Source: the human T2T-CHM13v2.0 reference genome, Homo sapiens. Taken from it: DNA of 64,000 nucleotides. Every line of letters starts with the position of its first letter. The stretch's first letter is position 1. Where the stretch lies: assembly GCF_009914755.1 (NCBI RefSeq), contig NC_060928.1; one strand, 5' to 3'. Under the pieces are notes generated by a model. The model was not told where the DNA came from and did not search any database. It saw only the letters and a list, made by a program, of their open reading frames with translations. Both the position numbers and the translations under genes were made by a program. Positions 48,801-63,589 of this stretch are shown piece by piece.

Positions 48801-49901
48801 CCAGAAAAGCAATGAGAACTACTACACTCATAAGGAAAATGAGGCATACTTTATGATAAAAAGACTGAAGGGCACATTTAGTTGAAAAAGGGAAAATTAA
48901 AAAGAAAATGTAATTATATATAAAATAATGAATACTAATGACAAAACCAATTGAGCACTTTAATTTACCTACATTTCTAAAGGCCATTTTCTAATAATAG
49001 AAAAAAAAATCCAATTATATTAGAAAGTAGACAGATATTACAGATAAAGAGTATATTGGTTCTTAACAATGCTTTTCCATGAAAAATCCATTGTAAAGGG
49101 TATTATACTATCAAGGTAAATAAAATGACAGAATAAGATTGGCAGACATTGTTTAAAAATAATGACCTATAGTGATAGCTGAAGATGCTATAGAGTATAT
49201 TCAGTAATCTGATAAGTTAGAAGTAGGAAGATAAATTTTTCTTTGTTACTATACTTCACAGAATAGAGTAGAAAAAGAAAATGGAGAAAGAAAAACCTTG
49301 CTGTATTCAACCTGACAAGCAGAATGGATCTAATTATTTGCATCCAATGTTGCTAAAAAACACTTTTAAAAATTCATGAACCAAATCTTATAAAGGAAAT
49401 AGATTTAAAATTAAATAGATATCATTGAAAAGCTGAAATCAAGATATGATAATCACTAATTAAGTAATACATACTGTATGCCAATAACTGCTAGATACTG
49501 AAACTAAACTGATGAACAGAAAAGCTCTTGTTCTTGACTTCATCAAGCCAACTTCACTGGCAGTCATACTACAATGTGAGAAGTGAAACAACAGAGGAAG
49601 CATATGAGTATATGATGCAATAAATATAGAAGAGACATATAATCCAAATTTAGGGCATTATGTAAAGCTTTCTGGAATACCTGATTCCTAATATAGGTTT
49701 TTTTAAAAAAAATATTTTTCAAGTGAAGGGCAAGAGTTAGAAGAGCTAGAAGCAGTTGCATGTGTAGATTCTTACAAATGAAAGAAGTTCAATACGTACG
49801 AACTAAAAATGAAAAGGGTAAAAGGGCTAGAGAGATAAACCAAGGCCCAGTCATCATGCCATAATAAGGAGTTGGACGTTATTGTGAGAAAGACGAGAAA
49901 C

Positions 49902-50198
<297 letters not shown>

Positions 50199-50557
50199 TT
50201 TTAAATGGCTTTAAATCAGTAGATGCATATTTTTAAACTTTAATTTTAGAAAGTACTCTGCCTGCAACGTGAAACATAGACTGAAGGTGGGTGATGCGGA
50301 GAAAGACTGAAGGCTGCTGGGAGTTTATAAAGATCAGGTAGGTGATTATGGGTAAGGTGTTGACGTTGAGGATAGATAGAAGCAGACAAACTAGAGAAAT
50401 GTTTACTAGGTGGATTAACAATTGATTGAATAGGAGAGTTGGTAGTGAGGATAAAGCATTCCAAGTGATGTGTCCAGGCAGTTAAATTTGTCATACTCTA
50501 ATTCGAGGAAGGGAGCTCTATTGAACATAAAGATTTAGCTGTATAAAGAGAAACATG

Positions 50558-50863
<306 letters not shown>

Positions 50864-51447
50864 TACATGAGTAGTCTGCACAGACTCCTCGTGAAAATGA
50901 AAAGAGTAGGGAGCCTAGAAAAGAGCTCTCTGGGAGATATCAACTTTTTTAGTATGAAGTGGAGAAGAAAACTAAGAAAAAACAGGCAGATAGATAGAAG
51001 AAAAATCAGCTGAGTGTGCTACTGATGTCATGAAAGCTGAAACAAAAAACGAAACAAAACAAAAAATGGAGCATCAGCATTGCCAATTATAGAGTCAGGT
51101 AGTGAAGTAAGTCATTGTCTCTCCACCAGAATGTCAGCTCCATCAGTCAGTTATTTAGTCTGCCTTGTTCACAACTACATTCCCAGTGCTTGGGACCAAG
51201 CCAAAGAGAGTAAGCATTTACTTAGTATGAAATAATAAACTTAGTATGAAATAATAATAGTATGAAATAATAAAACATCATTATTTAATTAATCATTTAT
51301 TTGGAGTCTATATTTTAAATTGATTTAGTTCTTGAATTCTTTTCTTTTTATTCTTGAATTCTTGCTATAATAGTAATACAATTTTTGCAAAGGAAACTGA
51401 TTTATGTAGTTGTTTAGAATTTGAAAATACTTTTTGTTTCTAAACAG

Positions 51448-51496
51448 AAAAAAGACACTTTGCAAATTCTGATGATACTACTAAAAGATACACAAG
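51448..51496 (+). pseudogene. Pseudo-exon I (49 nt)
   Basis: Very strong sites: ctttttgtttctaaacag| and AAG|GTATGT. Phase 1 to 2 frame (E)KRHFANSDDTTKRYT(R) joins the next exon in frame. Confidence 0.6.
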
Positions 51497-51759
51497 GTAT
51501 GTTAGAGAAAATTTCATATTTTTATTTACAATTTCTGACATTGCGCTATACTTAACTATTGACAATTTTATTTTAAAATATCCATGTATTAAAATTGCCC
51601 TACTATACCAGATTATAAAAAGTATTTTTTAATACCTGAAAACTCATTTTTATTGTGATATTTTATTATGGTTTAAACTATATCCACCACAATAATGTTG
51701 AATGAGAACTTCTGAGATATCTAACATATCATTGTACTCAGCCTACGAAATGGAATAAA

Positions 51760-51950
51760 ATGAGTTCAGACATGGTATTGAATGACTTTTGTGGTGAACA
51801 GATCAGAGTACCAGTTTCATCAGTGCTATTTACCAACTTGTGGCCTTCAAATGTTATTTAGCCCAGCTTAATCTCAATGTCTCCATCTGCAGTTAGGATA
51901 AGGTATACATTACACCATTGTTGTGAAAATTAAATAAAATAATATTTCAT
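51760..51950 (+). mobile_element. MIR
   Basis: atttaccaacttgtggccttc...tctcaatgtctccatctg...ttgttgtgaaaattaaataa. Confidence 0.55.
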
Positions 51951-52197
51951 ACATATATTTAATTCTCTAGCCTGTTGCCTAGACCTAGTTAAAACTAAAT
52001 GAGTGTTTAAAGAAAATGTAAATTTTCTCTGACTTGCTCAAAATTAGTTTCACTATATCTAAGTCTTTCACTTTCATAGTCACTCTAAAATATTATGTTT
52101 TCCCTTGCCATAATTAGCTTTTGAGGCCTGTAAATAGATTTGGAGTGCAAATGCCTAGATTCAAGTCCTGAGATGTCTCTAATTAGTATATGTAGGG

Positions 52198-52631
52198 GTG
52201 ATGAGTTGAACTATGGCTTCCCAAAAGATACATTCCCCCAGAACCTGTGAAATCGGCCTTATTTGGAAAAAGGGTCTTTGCAGGTATAATTCAGGTGAGC
52301 ATTTCAAGAAGAAATGACGCTTGATTAGGGTGGCCCCTGAATCTAACAATAAGTTCCTTATAAAGAGAAGAAGGGCAACTACAGAGAAGAAGGTCATGTA
52401 AAGATGGAAGCAGAGACTGGAGTTATGTTTCCATAAATCAAGGAATTCTGGAAGCCACCAGAAATTGGAAAAAGACAGAGCTCCTCTAGAGCACTGAGAG
52501 ACAGTGTGACCCTGCTGACACCTTGATCTTGTACTTTTGGCCTCCAGAACTGTTAAAGAAAATATTTCTGTTGTTTGAAGCTATCAAGTTTCAGGTATAA
52601 TTTATTAAAGAATCCCTAGGAAACTAATACA
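52198..52631 (+). mobile_element. MLT1B-like MaLR LTR inserted in a MIR
   Basis: cagaacctgtgaa...ccttatttggaaaaagggtctttgcag...ggcctccagaactgt...ggaaactaataca. Confidence 0.85.
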
Positions 52632-53290
52632 GTATATTTATGACTTTGAATAAGCCATCTAAGCTATATGAGCTTCAATTTTATTCTGAATAAAATAATA
52701 AAATTATATCTTGTCACATTTAATATCAATTAAATAAAAAGATGTATATTAAAGTATTTTTAACTATAAACTAGCACTTCATAGTTCAAAAGTTAAAAGA
52801 TGTATATAAAAATACTTTTATCTTGCTTTATCTCCCTTCTAAATGATACTTTTAAATGAAAAGATGTGTACGAAAGTATTTTTAACTATGAAGTGCTCCT
52901 CACTACTAAAGATTTATTATGTTGTCTGATCTGTGGTATGAGGTCTTAAAAGTATTTTGTATAGAAGGATATGTATAAATGAAGAAAAATAGTGTCTTAA
53001 TGTTTGTAATCTAGTAGGGCAAAGATATAATGTACCTAACAAATAAGTGAAGAAAAGAATCAAGAAACACAAAAAAATATTTAGAGTAATACATTATAAT
53101 CTTGTAAGTAAATTCAGTGGCATGTGTGGAGTGAAAAAGGATACGGGGAAGAGTGGTTTGGGCTTATAATACGGAATAGCCTAGTTTAGAAAAATCTTAT
53201 GCTAGTTCTACATATATTTACTACCTTGTATGGAATATTATAACACTGTTAGTTTTAATTACCTATGTTATTAAGATTATTTACTATAAC

Positions 53291-53955
53291 TGTGTCCAGA
53301 ATTGGTTCCTTCCGGTGGGTTCTTGGTCTCGCTAACTTCAAGAATGAAGCTGCGGACCCTTGTGGTGAGTATTACAGTTCTTAAAGATGGTGTGTCCAGA
53401 GTTTGTTCCTTCAGATGTTCAGATGTGTTCAGAGTTTCTTCCTTCTGGTGGGTTCGTGGTCTCGCTTGACTTCAGGAGTGAAGCCACAGACCTCCGCAGT
53501 GAGTGTTACAGCTCTTAAAGGTGGTGCTTCCGGAGTTGTTTTTTCCTCCCGGTGGGTTTGTGGTCTTGCTGACTTCAGGAGTGAAGCTGTAGACCTTCAC
53601 AGTTAGTGTTACAGCTCATAAAGGTAGTGCAGACCCAAAGAGTGAGCAGCAGCAAGATGTATTGCGAAGAAGGAAAGAACAAACCTTCCACACGTGGAAG
53701 GGGACCCCATTGGGTTGCCGCTGTGGGCTCAGGTGGCCAGCTTTTATTCCCTTATTTGGCTCTGCCCACATCCTGCTGATTGGTCCATTTTACAGAGTGC
53801 TGATTGGTCCGTTTTTACAGAGTGCTGATTGGTGCGTTTACAAACCTTTAGCTAGACATAGAGCACTGATTGGTGCATTTACAATCCTTCAGCTAGACAG
53901 AAAAGTTCTCCAAGTCCCCACCTGACCCAGGAAGCCCAGCTGGCTTCACCTCTCA
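53291..53955 (-). mobile_element. LTR12-family (ERV9) solo LTR
   Basis: TG...CA ends; reverse strand begins tgagaggtgaagccagctgggcttc; repeated gctgattgg units and U5-type repeats (gtgttacagctc). Confidence 0.92.
53740..53875 (-). promoter_or_regulatory. LTR12 promoter core: four CCAAT boxes and AATAAA TATA-like box, firing leftwards
   Basis: Plus-strand gattgg four times between ~53778 and 53873; ttttatt at 53742-53748. Confidence 0.6.
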
Positions 53956-54819
53956 TAAAGACTACAGAGAAAAATAGAGTATCTCATGATTTCTAAAAGA
54001 GAAGTCAGTATAATTAAAAATTAATAAGCCTCCAAGAAAAAAAGAAAATAAGCATCCAAATACTTCTGTAATTGTCAAATAAAAGTAGTAACTAAAGATA
54101 TTTTGAAACTGAGTAATGTGTACAAAGCTCTATCTATATGAAATAGGGCTTTCAGTTTACTCAGATCATTCACACAACTAAATACAACATTATGCCATTT
54201 CTGATAGATTTTACTTAAAACTTCTTCTGAGAATGTGGCTTCATAATTACTTCTCATCAACATCATCTTCTGTTGATCAGATTGAATTAGAACAAAAGAA
54301 ATTTTCATCTCTATTGAATATCAAGGGAAACCTAAATTCTAGTCTCCGCTTTCTAATTGATAACTATATGACTGTAGTTATTATTTTGCAAATTATAATA
54401 TCAAGATGAGGAGCTCTCGCTCATGTACATAGAAAAAATAACACTTATTATTGCTACAAAAATATTTTTCTAGATCTCTTTGACAATTGTTAAGTATACA
54501 GACATTGATTCAGGGAAGCACTCAAGCTGGTACCTAGGACTGGGGGGTGTCTCACATCCTAGTTATGTGCTTATGGGTCCTTAGGTAATGAGATGATACA
54601 CATAATGCAAAATTCAATGAGGATAAATGTAAAGACACATGCTTTTTAAAAAACACAAATAAAACCTAATACATATCAAAATTAGTTCAGTTCACTTCAA
54701 AAAGGGTTGGAGATTGGATTGTCTACAAGTCCTATTAGGGCCAAGAAAATACTGGAAGTGACCAAAAAGATAATCTAATCTTACCTACATAAATAGAAAA
54801 AAAACATATTGTATAGCCA

Positions 54820-55030
54820 ATATTCAAATCAAGACAGATTTGTATTTCATTCTATTCGGTATATCTCTGACCATATCAGGGAGAACATGGGCAAACTATT
54901 TCACCTCCTTTTGCCTCAGTTTTTTATTTATAAAATATGTATAATAAAGGAACTTACAACATAAAGTTGTTGTGAGAAGTGAGTAAATATATGAAAAACA
55001 TAATAGTTCTTACATAGGATAAGTGCCAAA
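54820..55030 (+). mobile_element. MIR
   Basis: tgggcaaactatttcacctccttttgcctcagtttttt...gttgttgtgagaagt. Confidence 0.7.
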
Positions 55031-55195
55031 AAAGTGTTTATAAAATAAAAAATTATATTAGCAATTAGAATCATGATGGGTCTAGAAATTTATGGGACAG
55101 TAAGTAATTTTTCTAGCTAATTGGTGCTCACTTCTGTCCCTTCTTTGCCATGTTTTCATCAGGTTTAATTCTAATTTCTAAGTAATACTTTTTAG

Positions 55196-55274
55196 AACTA
55201 GATATCATATCATATTTGATAATTTTCAATTACCAAAATGTGATTCTTCTGCTGCTAAATTCTTTTCAGAAAAG
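55196..55274 (+). pseudogene. Pseudo-exon J (79 nt, phase 2 to 0): start of Sp38-like domain 2
   Basis: tactttttag| acceptor and AAG|GTAAGC donor. Open frame TRYHIIFDNFQLPKCDSSAAKFFSEK. Compare recalled ZPBP [20 protein letters not shown]. Confidence 0.6.
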
Positions 55275-55771
55275 GTAAGCCTAAAAAATGAATTGAATAT
55301 ATATGCTAGAGGACACACAAAACATATATGTTGAAATTTGAAATATTTGTATAATTTTAATTTTTAAAATCCAAGAAAACTATACACTGAAGTGTAATAC
55401 TTTTGATGGCAAACTCTAATGTAAAGAAAAAAATGAAAGATATTGAGTTTACAGATACAAATACTAACTGTGGAGCAAATACAAGAACACTTTTTTCAAG
55501 TTCTCAATGCATCCGAGCAGTTATTTTCCACGATACTAGTAGTTCAGTGAAATCATTTTATTTGACATTACTAATACTAGGCCCTGAGTCCTGAGAAAGA
55601 TCAAGCCATGTTATTTGTTTTAAAGCAAATCAAACCAGATTGGTAGTCTTAACACTTAATCACTTTCTATTAGAGTAATAACTTGCAATCACAAGACTCT
55701 TTTCCATGGATCCTTTTTTCTGAATAATCTACACCCATTATAGAAGGAGATGGCAATGTTCCTCTTTATAG

Positions 55772-56125
55772 TTCTCAAGTACATCTCTAATTTTCTCTAC
55801 TATGGTAGCAGTTAATGGCTTACATTCTATTTCTTTATGACATGAATGTTAATAGCAAGGATCTGGGAGATAAGTGGCTAAACTGCAATGAGTGGTTTTG
55901 TTGAACACATTCCTATTATGGCAGAAAATGAAATTGTTTTTGTTTTTTTCTACTTGCTTTCACATTGGTATATCATGGCCATTTTATTTTTGTTACATAA
56001 TAATATGTTGCTGCAAAGCTCAGGAAAACAGTCATCAGACTGTTGTAGATGCTATGAGGACAAGTCATCCCTTTTTCATCACTGTTAAATATTACTACAT
56101 TTCTTCCTGTGAAACTGAGATATAA
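55772..56125 (+). pseudogene. Terminal coding pseudo-exon K: Sp38-like strand, TM helix, short tail
   Basis: Acceptor ttcctctttatag|. One frame reads FSSTSL...HSISL*HEC**QGSGR*VAKLQ*VVLLNTF (recalled ZPBP [27 protein letters not shown]). It continues into ORF 55892..56125 with the hydrophobic stretch LFLFFSTCFHIGISWPFYFCYIII followed by CCCK. Confidence 0.55.
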
Positions 56126-57532
56126 GTTATGCAAGCAGTTTTATGAATGTAGGCTCTAAATTGTGACAACTGTCAGTGTCTCCTAGGACTGCTTTCACTT
56201 AAACACATCATTTATGAGTCTCCTTTTCTATTTCAGATTCTCAGTATCTGCTTATGTTTTAGGTAAAAAAAAGTATTCTAGACATATTGAAAAGAACAGA
56301 GGACTGGATGCCACCTAACTGGGGTCAAATTTACTCTGCTTCTCAAGATCTGCAATATCTTAGGAAAATCCTTCTACCTCTCTTGACACATTCTCAACTT
56401 GGTAAGACTATTTTGTCTTAGCCCAAGTCTGTCTAACAACAGCAGGCAGCTCTGATTAACTATGGGTATAGCCCTCTCTTTGGTTTGGACTATTCAATCT
56501 TTGGATTAGTCTATTCAACAGTATTTGCAAACCGAACCTCATGAGAGTGACAATGATAAGCTGTTTTTCTCAGTATTGGCTCAATCTCATTATCTCAATT
56601 TTAAGACTTGATTTATTGAGTCCTGCCATACAGACAGACACTTTAATATATTCAAGTTCAAACTTCAACTCTTTATTTTCTAACAGTTCTAAGGTCTGTA
56701 TTTAATTTCTTACCGTTATCTTTAACTCTTCTAAAGTGTCATTATAAATAACTTCTGACCTATGTTTCCATTTCCAAACCTATGTTTCCAATTGCTTTAG
56801 TTTCATTTTTCTATCCTTTGAGCAGTCCCAGAGAAGTTGGAGTGTTGGACAACAGAGCAACTTCTTCCTCCTCAAAAGAAAGGTGAGAGCTGGGGTTTCT
56901 CATCAGCTCACTCTATGCTGAGCAGTGAGTATGACTTATGGCATCTACCAGTACAAATCATCATCTCTACTCTCCCCTTGACAGCTAGACTGTGCCAATC
57001 ATGTCAGAGGCCCAAACCTGACAAGAAAGAATCCAGTCTTCAGGGGAGTCCCGAACCAAATTCTTCCCTTCTCTGAGAGAGGCTGGAAAATAGGATATCT
57101 TTTTCTGATTGTACAGTGTTGTGCCAGGGTAGGCATTCTGGCAGAAGTGTGTCCTGAACCTTCTTTCTGGCTTTGGTGAGTCTGGTTTGCCATCGCCACA
57201 GTTGCAGGAGCCTTTCCATTAGGTTACTCTCTCATTTCTCTACTGTTAAATCTAAGCTTCTTGTCTGTCTTATTTTCTAATTCTCTTTCAATGAAGTGAT
57301 ACAATATAGAATTTTCTTGAGCTATAAACAACATTCATATCTAAGCCTATGTTTTCTAAACTTCAGGAATGGAAAAGGAAGAGTATAAAACTCCAATGAT
57401 AATACTATTAATACTATAAATAGTTATGCTACCCAACATCTGTTTTTAATGATTTTGTCACTTTTGCTTTGAATAGGTGTGGTTGCAAACTGTCTTGAAC
57501 TTCATTTCATCTCAACAGAAGACACTGGCTAG

Positions 57533-58089
57533 TGATGGGGCTCAGAATATGCCACCCTAAAGTATGACTGTAAGAGGCCAGAATATGTCACTTGAAATAG
57601 GCCTTTATGGAATAAGAATTATTTTGAGCTGGTTATTTTGAGAAGCTGCAGACACAAAAGAAGCTCTGAAAAGTCACCCTTTTACAAGTAAAATTTACAT
57701 CTATAAAGTAAATATCCATTTGTGATGGTGTCTCTCTAAAGCAAAAAATCACTAGAGCCTCTTAATCAAAGGAGAAAGCATCAACTTAAATTTTTAAAAC
57801 ATACTTCTCCCTTGTTCTATGGTGCTTTTCTGGCATGCTTGTCTTAACCAGATCTTCCCCCATACCCTTCTTTCTTTGTTTCAGAGAACTATGGTAATTA
57901 AGCCTGAAGTATAAGTAAACTCTTTGAAACGTACTCTACATATTTACTCATTTCTTTGGGTTATTTCCCATGTATACAGGAAGTATACATGTAATTCAAC
58001 CATTTGTTTTTGCCTTGTTAGTCCATCTTATGTTACAGGGAGTCCCAGCAAAGAACTGGGAGGAGAAAATTATTTTTCCTCTCCTATAC
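57533..58089 (+). mobile_element. MER34/MER39-family ERV1 solo LTR
   Basis: tgatggggctcagaatatgccacc...aattattttgagctg...atttacatctataaag...tttttcctctcctata. Confidence 0.7.
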
Positions 58090-58601
58090 TGGGTAATGTG
58101 ATCCTACTGAAGATACCAGTAGGATCTCCTTAAACCTCAATCTGCCTAAGGGGATGAAATTTCTATAAGATTAATTACCATGTTAAGTTTTCTTCCCTGT
58201 AAAATAAGATTACTGTAGAAAGAATGATGGTGAGACATCACATTATCTGTCATTAATAACTTAATGCTAATTTTTTAACCTAAAATGTAACTCAGAACAA
58301 TTATTTATGGTTGTGCTACCATAAGAGTAAGGGGACATAATAATTCCATAGATTAATTTGTAAAATCAACATGTATTGAGTGTTCACTATATGCTAAGCA
58401 CTCAACATATGCCAAGTCCCACCTAAACAGAAACCCAAAATAGGTAGTATAGAACAGATTGGGAGTAGCATGAAGAAAATAATCTACTAGAAATGGGTAA
58501 ATACAATAGAAATCTCATCTTTATAAATAGAAGACACAAAGATAAGCTCTTGCTCTGAGTAAGTCATTCTTATCTGCCTGTATCATTCCATCAGCTACAT
58601 A

Positions 58602-58661
58602 TATTTATCATTCCACAAAGGTATTTATCATTCCACAAAGGTCTTTATCACTCCATAAATG
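58602..58661. repeat. 20-bp tandem repeat x3
   Basis: tatttatcattccacaaagg twice, then tctttatcactccataaatg. Confidence 0.85.
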
Positions 58662-59590
58662 TTTTACCATAACACATATCATTTACCTGAGCATTAGAAG
58701 GCATAAAAGAATCTTATCCTGCTTAAGATTTGAGTACAATTTTTAAAACCCCTGAAATGAATGGAGTCATTATTAGGTGTCTCTGAAAATAGCTACTTTG
58801 AGTAATAAAAATATTTTTATGGAAGATATAGGTAACATCTCCTACATACATTCGCAGGAATAAAGAGCCTTTGTTGCATAAATATTAGACAAAGCACTCT
58901 TCATCTACTAATATATAAGCAAGAAAGTGGTCATTAGAGTAAATGGTGAAGTTACTTAGGTTTACATCAGTAATGCATGGAATTAACCATATTTAATGTT
59001 ATTGGAGAGGAATGAGCCATCTTCCTAATCATAATCATCTTGATCCAATTCCATCCTTCAGAAATTTTAATTTATCTAACTTATAAGAAAATGTGTTAAA
59101 ACAAAGGCACTTCACAATATTAGTGCAATGTGCATCAAATGCACTAGAGAAAATTACCTAATACAATTTTCTAAGCCATTTAGTATCATGAACCAGGCAC
59201 TAAAAGGAGAAAATTGCATTTTATGATTTGGAGGCTGTTGAAAACATCACACACCTGAATTCACACAATCTGCATATTTTTATTCTGTTCTCTCAACAAA
59301 AAAACCCAAGTATTTAATAAGCCAGAACACTAACTTGAAGATTTTACTGCATTAAACTAAAATAGAATGATAAAACATCTAGCTCTATTTGAGAAACAAA
59401 AAATAACTATAAAAAACTATAATAATTTCTCTCCTATATTTGGAATAAAATTAAAAGTCTCTCCTTGTCTTTATAGTTATTTTTTATAAGATTGAAAGAA
59501 TAAAAGGATTAAAGTTACTAAATAAGAGGACCAAAGAGAAAAGACCTATATACCAATAGAGTACATTAATTTTCCTTAAAAAATAACCCT

Positions 59591-59886
<296 letters not shown>

Positions 59887-61004
59887 TCATACCTTCTTAG
59901 GAAGTTTGTGCCAGCATAAAACGAAATTGAATAAACTGGATACAGTTACTCATTTAGAAAATTAAAGTTATAAAGGAGGCCTCTTGATTTGTAATTCCCT
60001 AGTTAGCAATCAGAGAGAGAGAGAAAGGGAGTCAAAACAGTCCTTGATATTGCCATAATGATAAACAATAAAAGTTTTTCAGAATTTTTTCAAATAAGAT
60101 GTATAGTATCTATCATTTCTATCTTATCATCATCATGTAGCATACAAAATAGTGAAAATAAAACACTGTGAAGAAAATTATTCCTAAATTTTTGTTGATA
60201 TCCTGGTACTGCAAACATGGCAGGGTCACATTTCAACTCAGCCACTGAAAAACTGACTCATCTGGCCAAAATGAATGGGATGTAAAACATACCCTTAACC
60301 TTAGCATCACAAAAAGAAATAAGGTGGCAGAAAAGACATAAGGGTAGGCACAGATTTCTCAGGCAAGAGAAAGAGCTACAGGGCCAAGCAAATAGACAAA
60401 AGTTATTCTTGAGGTTAACAACTAATGCAGGCGGAAAGGATTTTGCAGGGCATATTGGAGCAAAGGAAGCAAAGACTCTGCAGAAATCAATTTATAAAGA
60501 CTATACTTAAAATGACCTTTCAGCAATTGCATTAGCAGATACTAAGAGTTTCTTGCAAACAGAATAAGGATCCTGAAGTAAGAGATATCAACACCAACGA
60601 AGAAAGGCATAGAAACAAGAGCAAAGTGACATACACAAATGAGAAATCCAGATTAAAGCAGAACACAGACTACTTCCTAAGCCAAACGAGCCTTTCCTGC
60701 ATTTTCTTAACAAGGAATAGTTGTCACTTTACATAAGAACCCTCTGGTATATCTTTCAGAGTGGCTGCATATATCTGTGCCTAATACATCCATATACTCT
60801 CATACATACCCTTATGATAAAATACACACAGTAGCATATACAGTGACATTGTATGGATTCAGGTTTTTTCAATAAATATTTAATTAATAAAGTTGAGAAT
60901 GAATGTGCCAGTCTGGGAAATGTTACTTACTGATTTGTGGACTATATAAATCCTACTTGATAATTAGTAAAAATCTCAGAATGGGGAGGAAACAGTGAAA
61001 CATA

Positions 61005-61542
61005 GGTGGTAGGCAGCCTTCTAAGACAGTTTCCTCCCATCTGTATTTACAACCTTCCCCTCCTTGAGTGTGGGCTGGACCTGGTGATTCGCCCTTAAGG
61101 AAAAAGGTGAATAGGATCTCACTTCTGAGAATACATTACAAAAAAGCCTGACTTCACTTATTCAAATTCTTTCTGGCTCTTCTTGCTCACTTCCCCTGAA
61201 GGAAGCCAGCTGCCTTATTGTATGCTACGCTATAGAGAGATCCACATGGCAAGGAACTGAGGACAACCTCCAGCCAACAGCCAAGGAGAAACTAAAGCTT
61301 CAGTCTGACAGCCCGTGTGGAGGTGAATCCTTCCCACTGGAAGTGGCATCCTTTCCCCGCCAAACCTCCATGTGACTGAGCCTAGGAGACACCTAGATTG
61401 CAGACTTGCAAAAGACTGAGCCTGATGACACAGCTAAGCTGCACCTAAATTCCCAGACCAAAGAAACTATGAGATAATAAATGTTACTTTAAGCCAAAAA
61501 ATGTTGGGGTTAACTGTTAAGCAATAACAGATAAATAATACA
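61005..61542 (+). mobile_element. MLT1F-like MaLR LTR
   Basis: ggtaggcagccttctaaga...ccttgagtgtgggctggacct...ccacatggcaaggaactgagg...agataaataataca. Confidence 0.8.
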
Positions 61543-63589
61543 ATATGACTTTTTAAAGAATTTTGTCTTAACAAGGTTTATTTCTCCGTGGTTGTGTCAT
61601 ATAGTCACTAAAGCCTGAGCGAATGCCTGAACAAGTGAAAATTATGCTTTTATTACTCCTATATTTGGAATAAATTTTGTTAAAATGACAAAGAAATAAA
61701 CTGACTTCCATGAAGTTGTTTTTTAAGTTTTTGCCATAAATTTATGTCACATTATATCAGCAGCCATTTCACCAATGAGATTTCCTTTCTTTTTCTCCTG
61801 GGATATCTGTTTAATAAGAATGAGAAAAAAAGGAGGAAAACATCTACTTACAAAAAGAAAAATAATATTCATTATTTAAACATTACCAAAGAATAACGAT
61901 TCTTACAAAATTAGAAGTTAAATATATAAAATGATATAATCTACTTACATCGATAGAGCTTGTTTTATTACTTCGTTCAAAAATTAATTGTGTTGTGAAT
62001 ATAATCAATATTAATTTTATATCTAAGTCTAGTACTTTTATTTTTTACTTCAAGTAGGTCTGTTGTGCACTTATTTACTTGTAATAGTCTGTTGTCTAGG
62101 CCCACACATGTAGCAAACAGCATCAAGTGAGTGAAGGTCAGGCATTCCTATCCTAATAGGATATGGCTTACTTGGTGTTTCTATTTATAGATGAAACTGT
62201 TTCAAGTCAAACCTTTCTACAATTCTTTTTGTTCTTTATTTTTCCTCTGAAATTTGCAAAAGCTATTCAGCTTCAATTAATTTCCAGGCTTTTTTGACTA
62301 CTCTAAAGTATGACTTCACTGACCTTTGTCCTAACTTTCTGATTTCCAGAACATTAGTTATTTTGCACTGATTACTACAGTATATTTAACCTTCAATTCT
62401 CTCTTTTCTACTCTGGAGTTTTGACCAATTCAGTTTCAGCTCCTGCCTAAGTTATCTTACCTGTAAGTATTCTATGCTATTTCCAATTCCTAATGTCCTT
62501 TTGACAAAAAGATCAAAATATTTTAACCAACACTTCATTACTCAATAACAAATATTTAATAAATATATAGTAAGAGCCTACTGTATGCAAAGCATTTTCA
62601 ATTCTTTAATTTCCTTGCCTTTTCCTTCTCCAGCCTTCCTCAACTGATGCAAGTCATTTGTCCTCCACAAGTCTCAATCTTTTCTACTTAACAGACAAAT
62701 CTGAACGGTAGGGTGATCATATTTAAACAGTGTCTGCTCTCATTGATCAGGCCTTAATATCTGATATCCTCCCAGACTACAGATTCCCATGATGACCCTT
62801 AGGATAATTTTTATTCCAAAGCAGTGTAGTACAGTGGAAATTGGTCTTGGAGGCAGATGAGTCTGAGTCAAAATTCTTATTCCAACATTTTGGAGTTATG
62901 ACATCATCGGAAAATTACTCTGTTTCCTAACTATGAAATAGTACCCTTCTCTGCTGAAATATAACTAGGAAAATTGGCTAAATAGAAAATCTAATGTGCT
63001 CTGTCATCAATCATATTGTAAAACTTTGGGTACAGCCATAAGACTCTCTCCTTTCCTTTTTGGAGTACTAGAAGTGTCTAGACAAGGGCAAATAAATCTC
63101 ATTTGAAGAACATGACTGTTTAATGAGACTCCATGCCCTTTAAGAGAGGGAAAGAACTAGGTACTCTTTGTAAATGTAAGGGAATATTTAAAAAGAGAGG
63201 GCTTATCAGACACGAGCAATGAAAACATGTTCCTCTTTAACACTGGATTGAAGGAGATGAGTGTCCACTGTTAAAGCCATAGATCTAAATTCTCCTTTTC
63301 TCCATTTACCAGAGAAGAGAGAAGTACCCATAGGCAAAAATCAAAGTAAAACAAAACAAAACAATGAGAAAGCATGAATCCAGAGATTCAACATCTGGTA
63401 GCATGGAACATTTGTTTCGAAAGAGCCAGTACAACATAGTAAAGAAGATCAGAGACCTATACCCAAGATGTATTCTCAGAAGGTGACAACATGAATGAGT
63501 AAAATTGAGGGGAGGGGGGAACGACTCAGAAAAGCAAATCTATAAGGAAATGTGTTTGACTCATTCTTGTCATTAGAAAGAAATGACCC

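Noticed and set aside
56805-57210. GC-richer block with ORFs 56837..57076 and 56999..57199
   Set aside because: No recognisable protein or exon boundaries; more likely an old L1 5'-region or LTR relic that I cannot assign.
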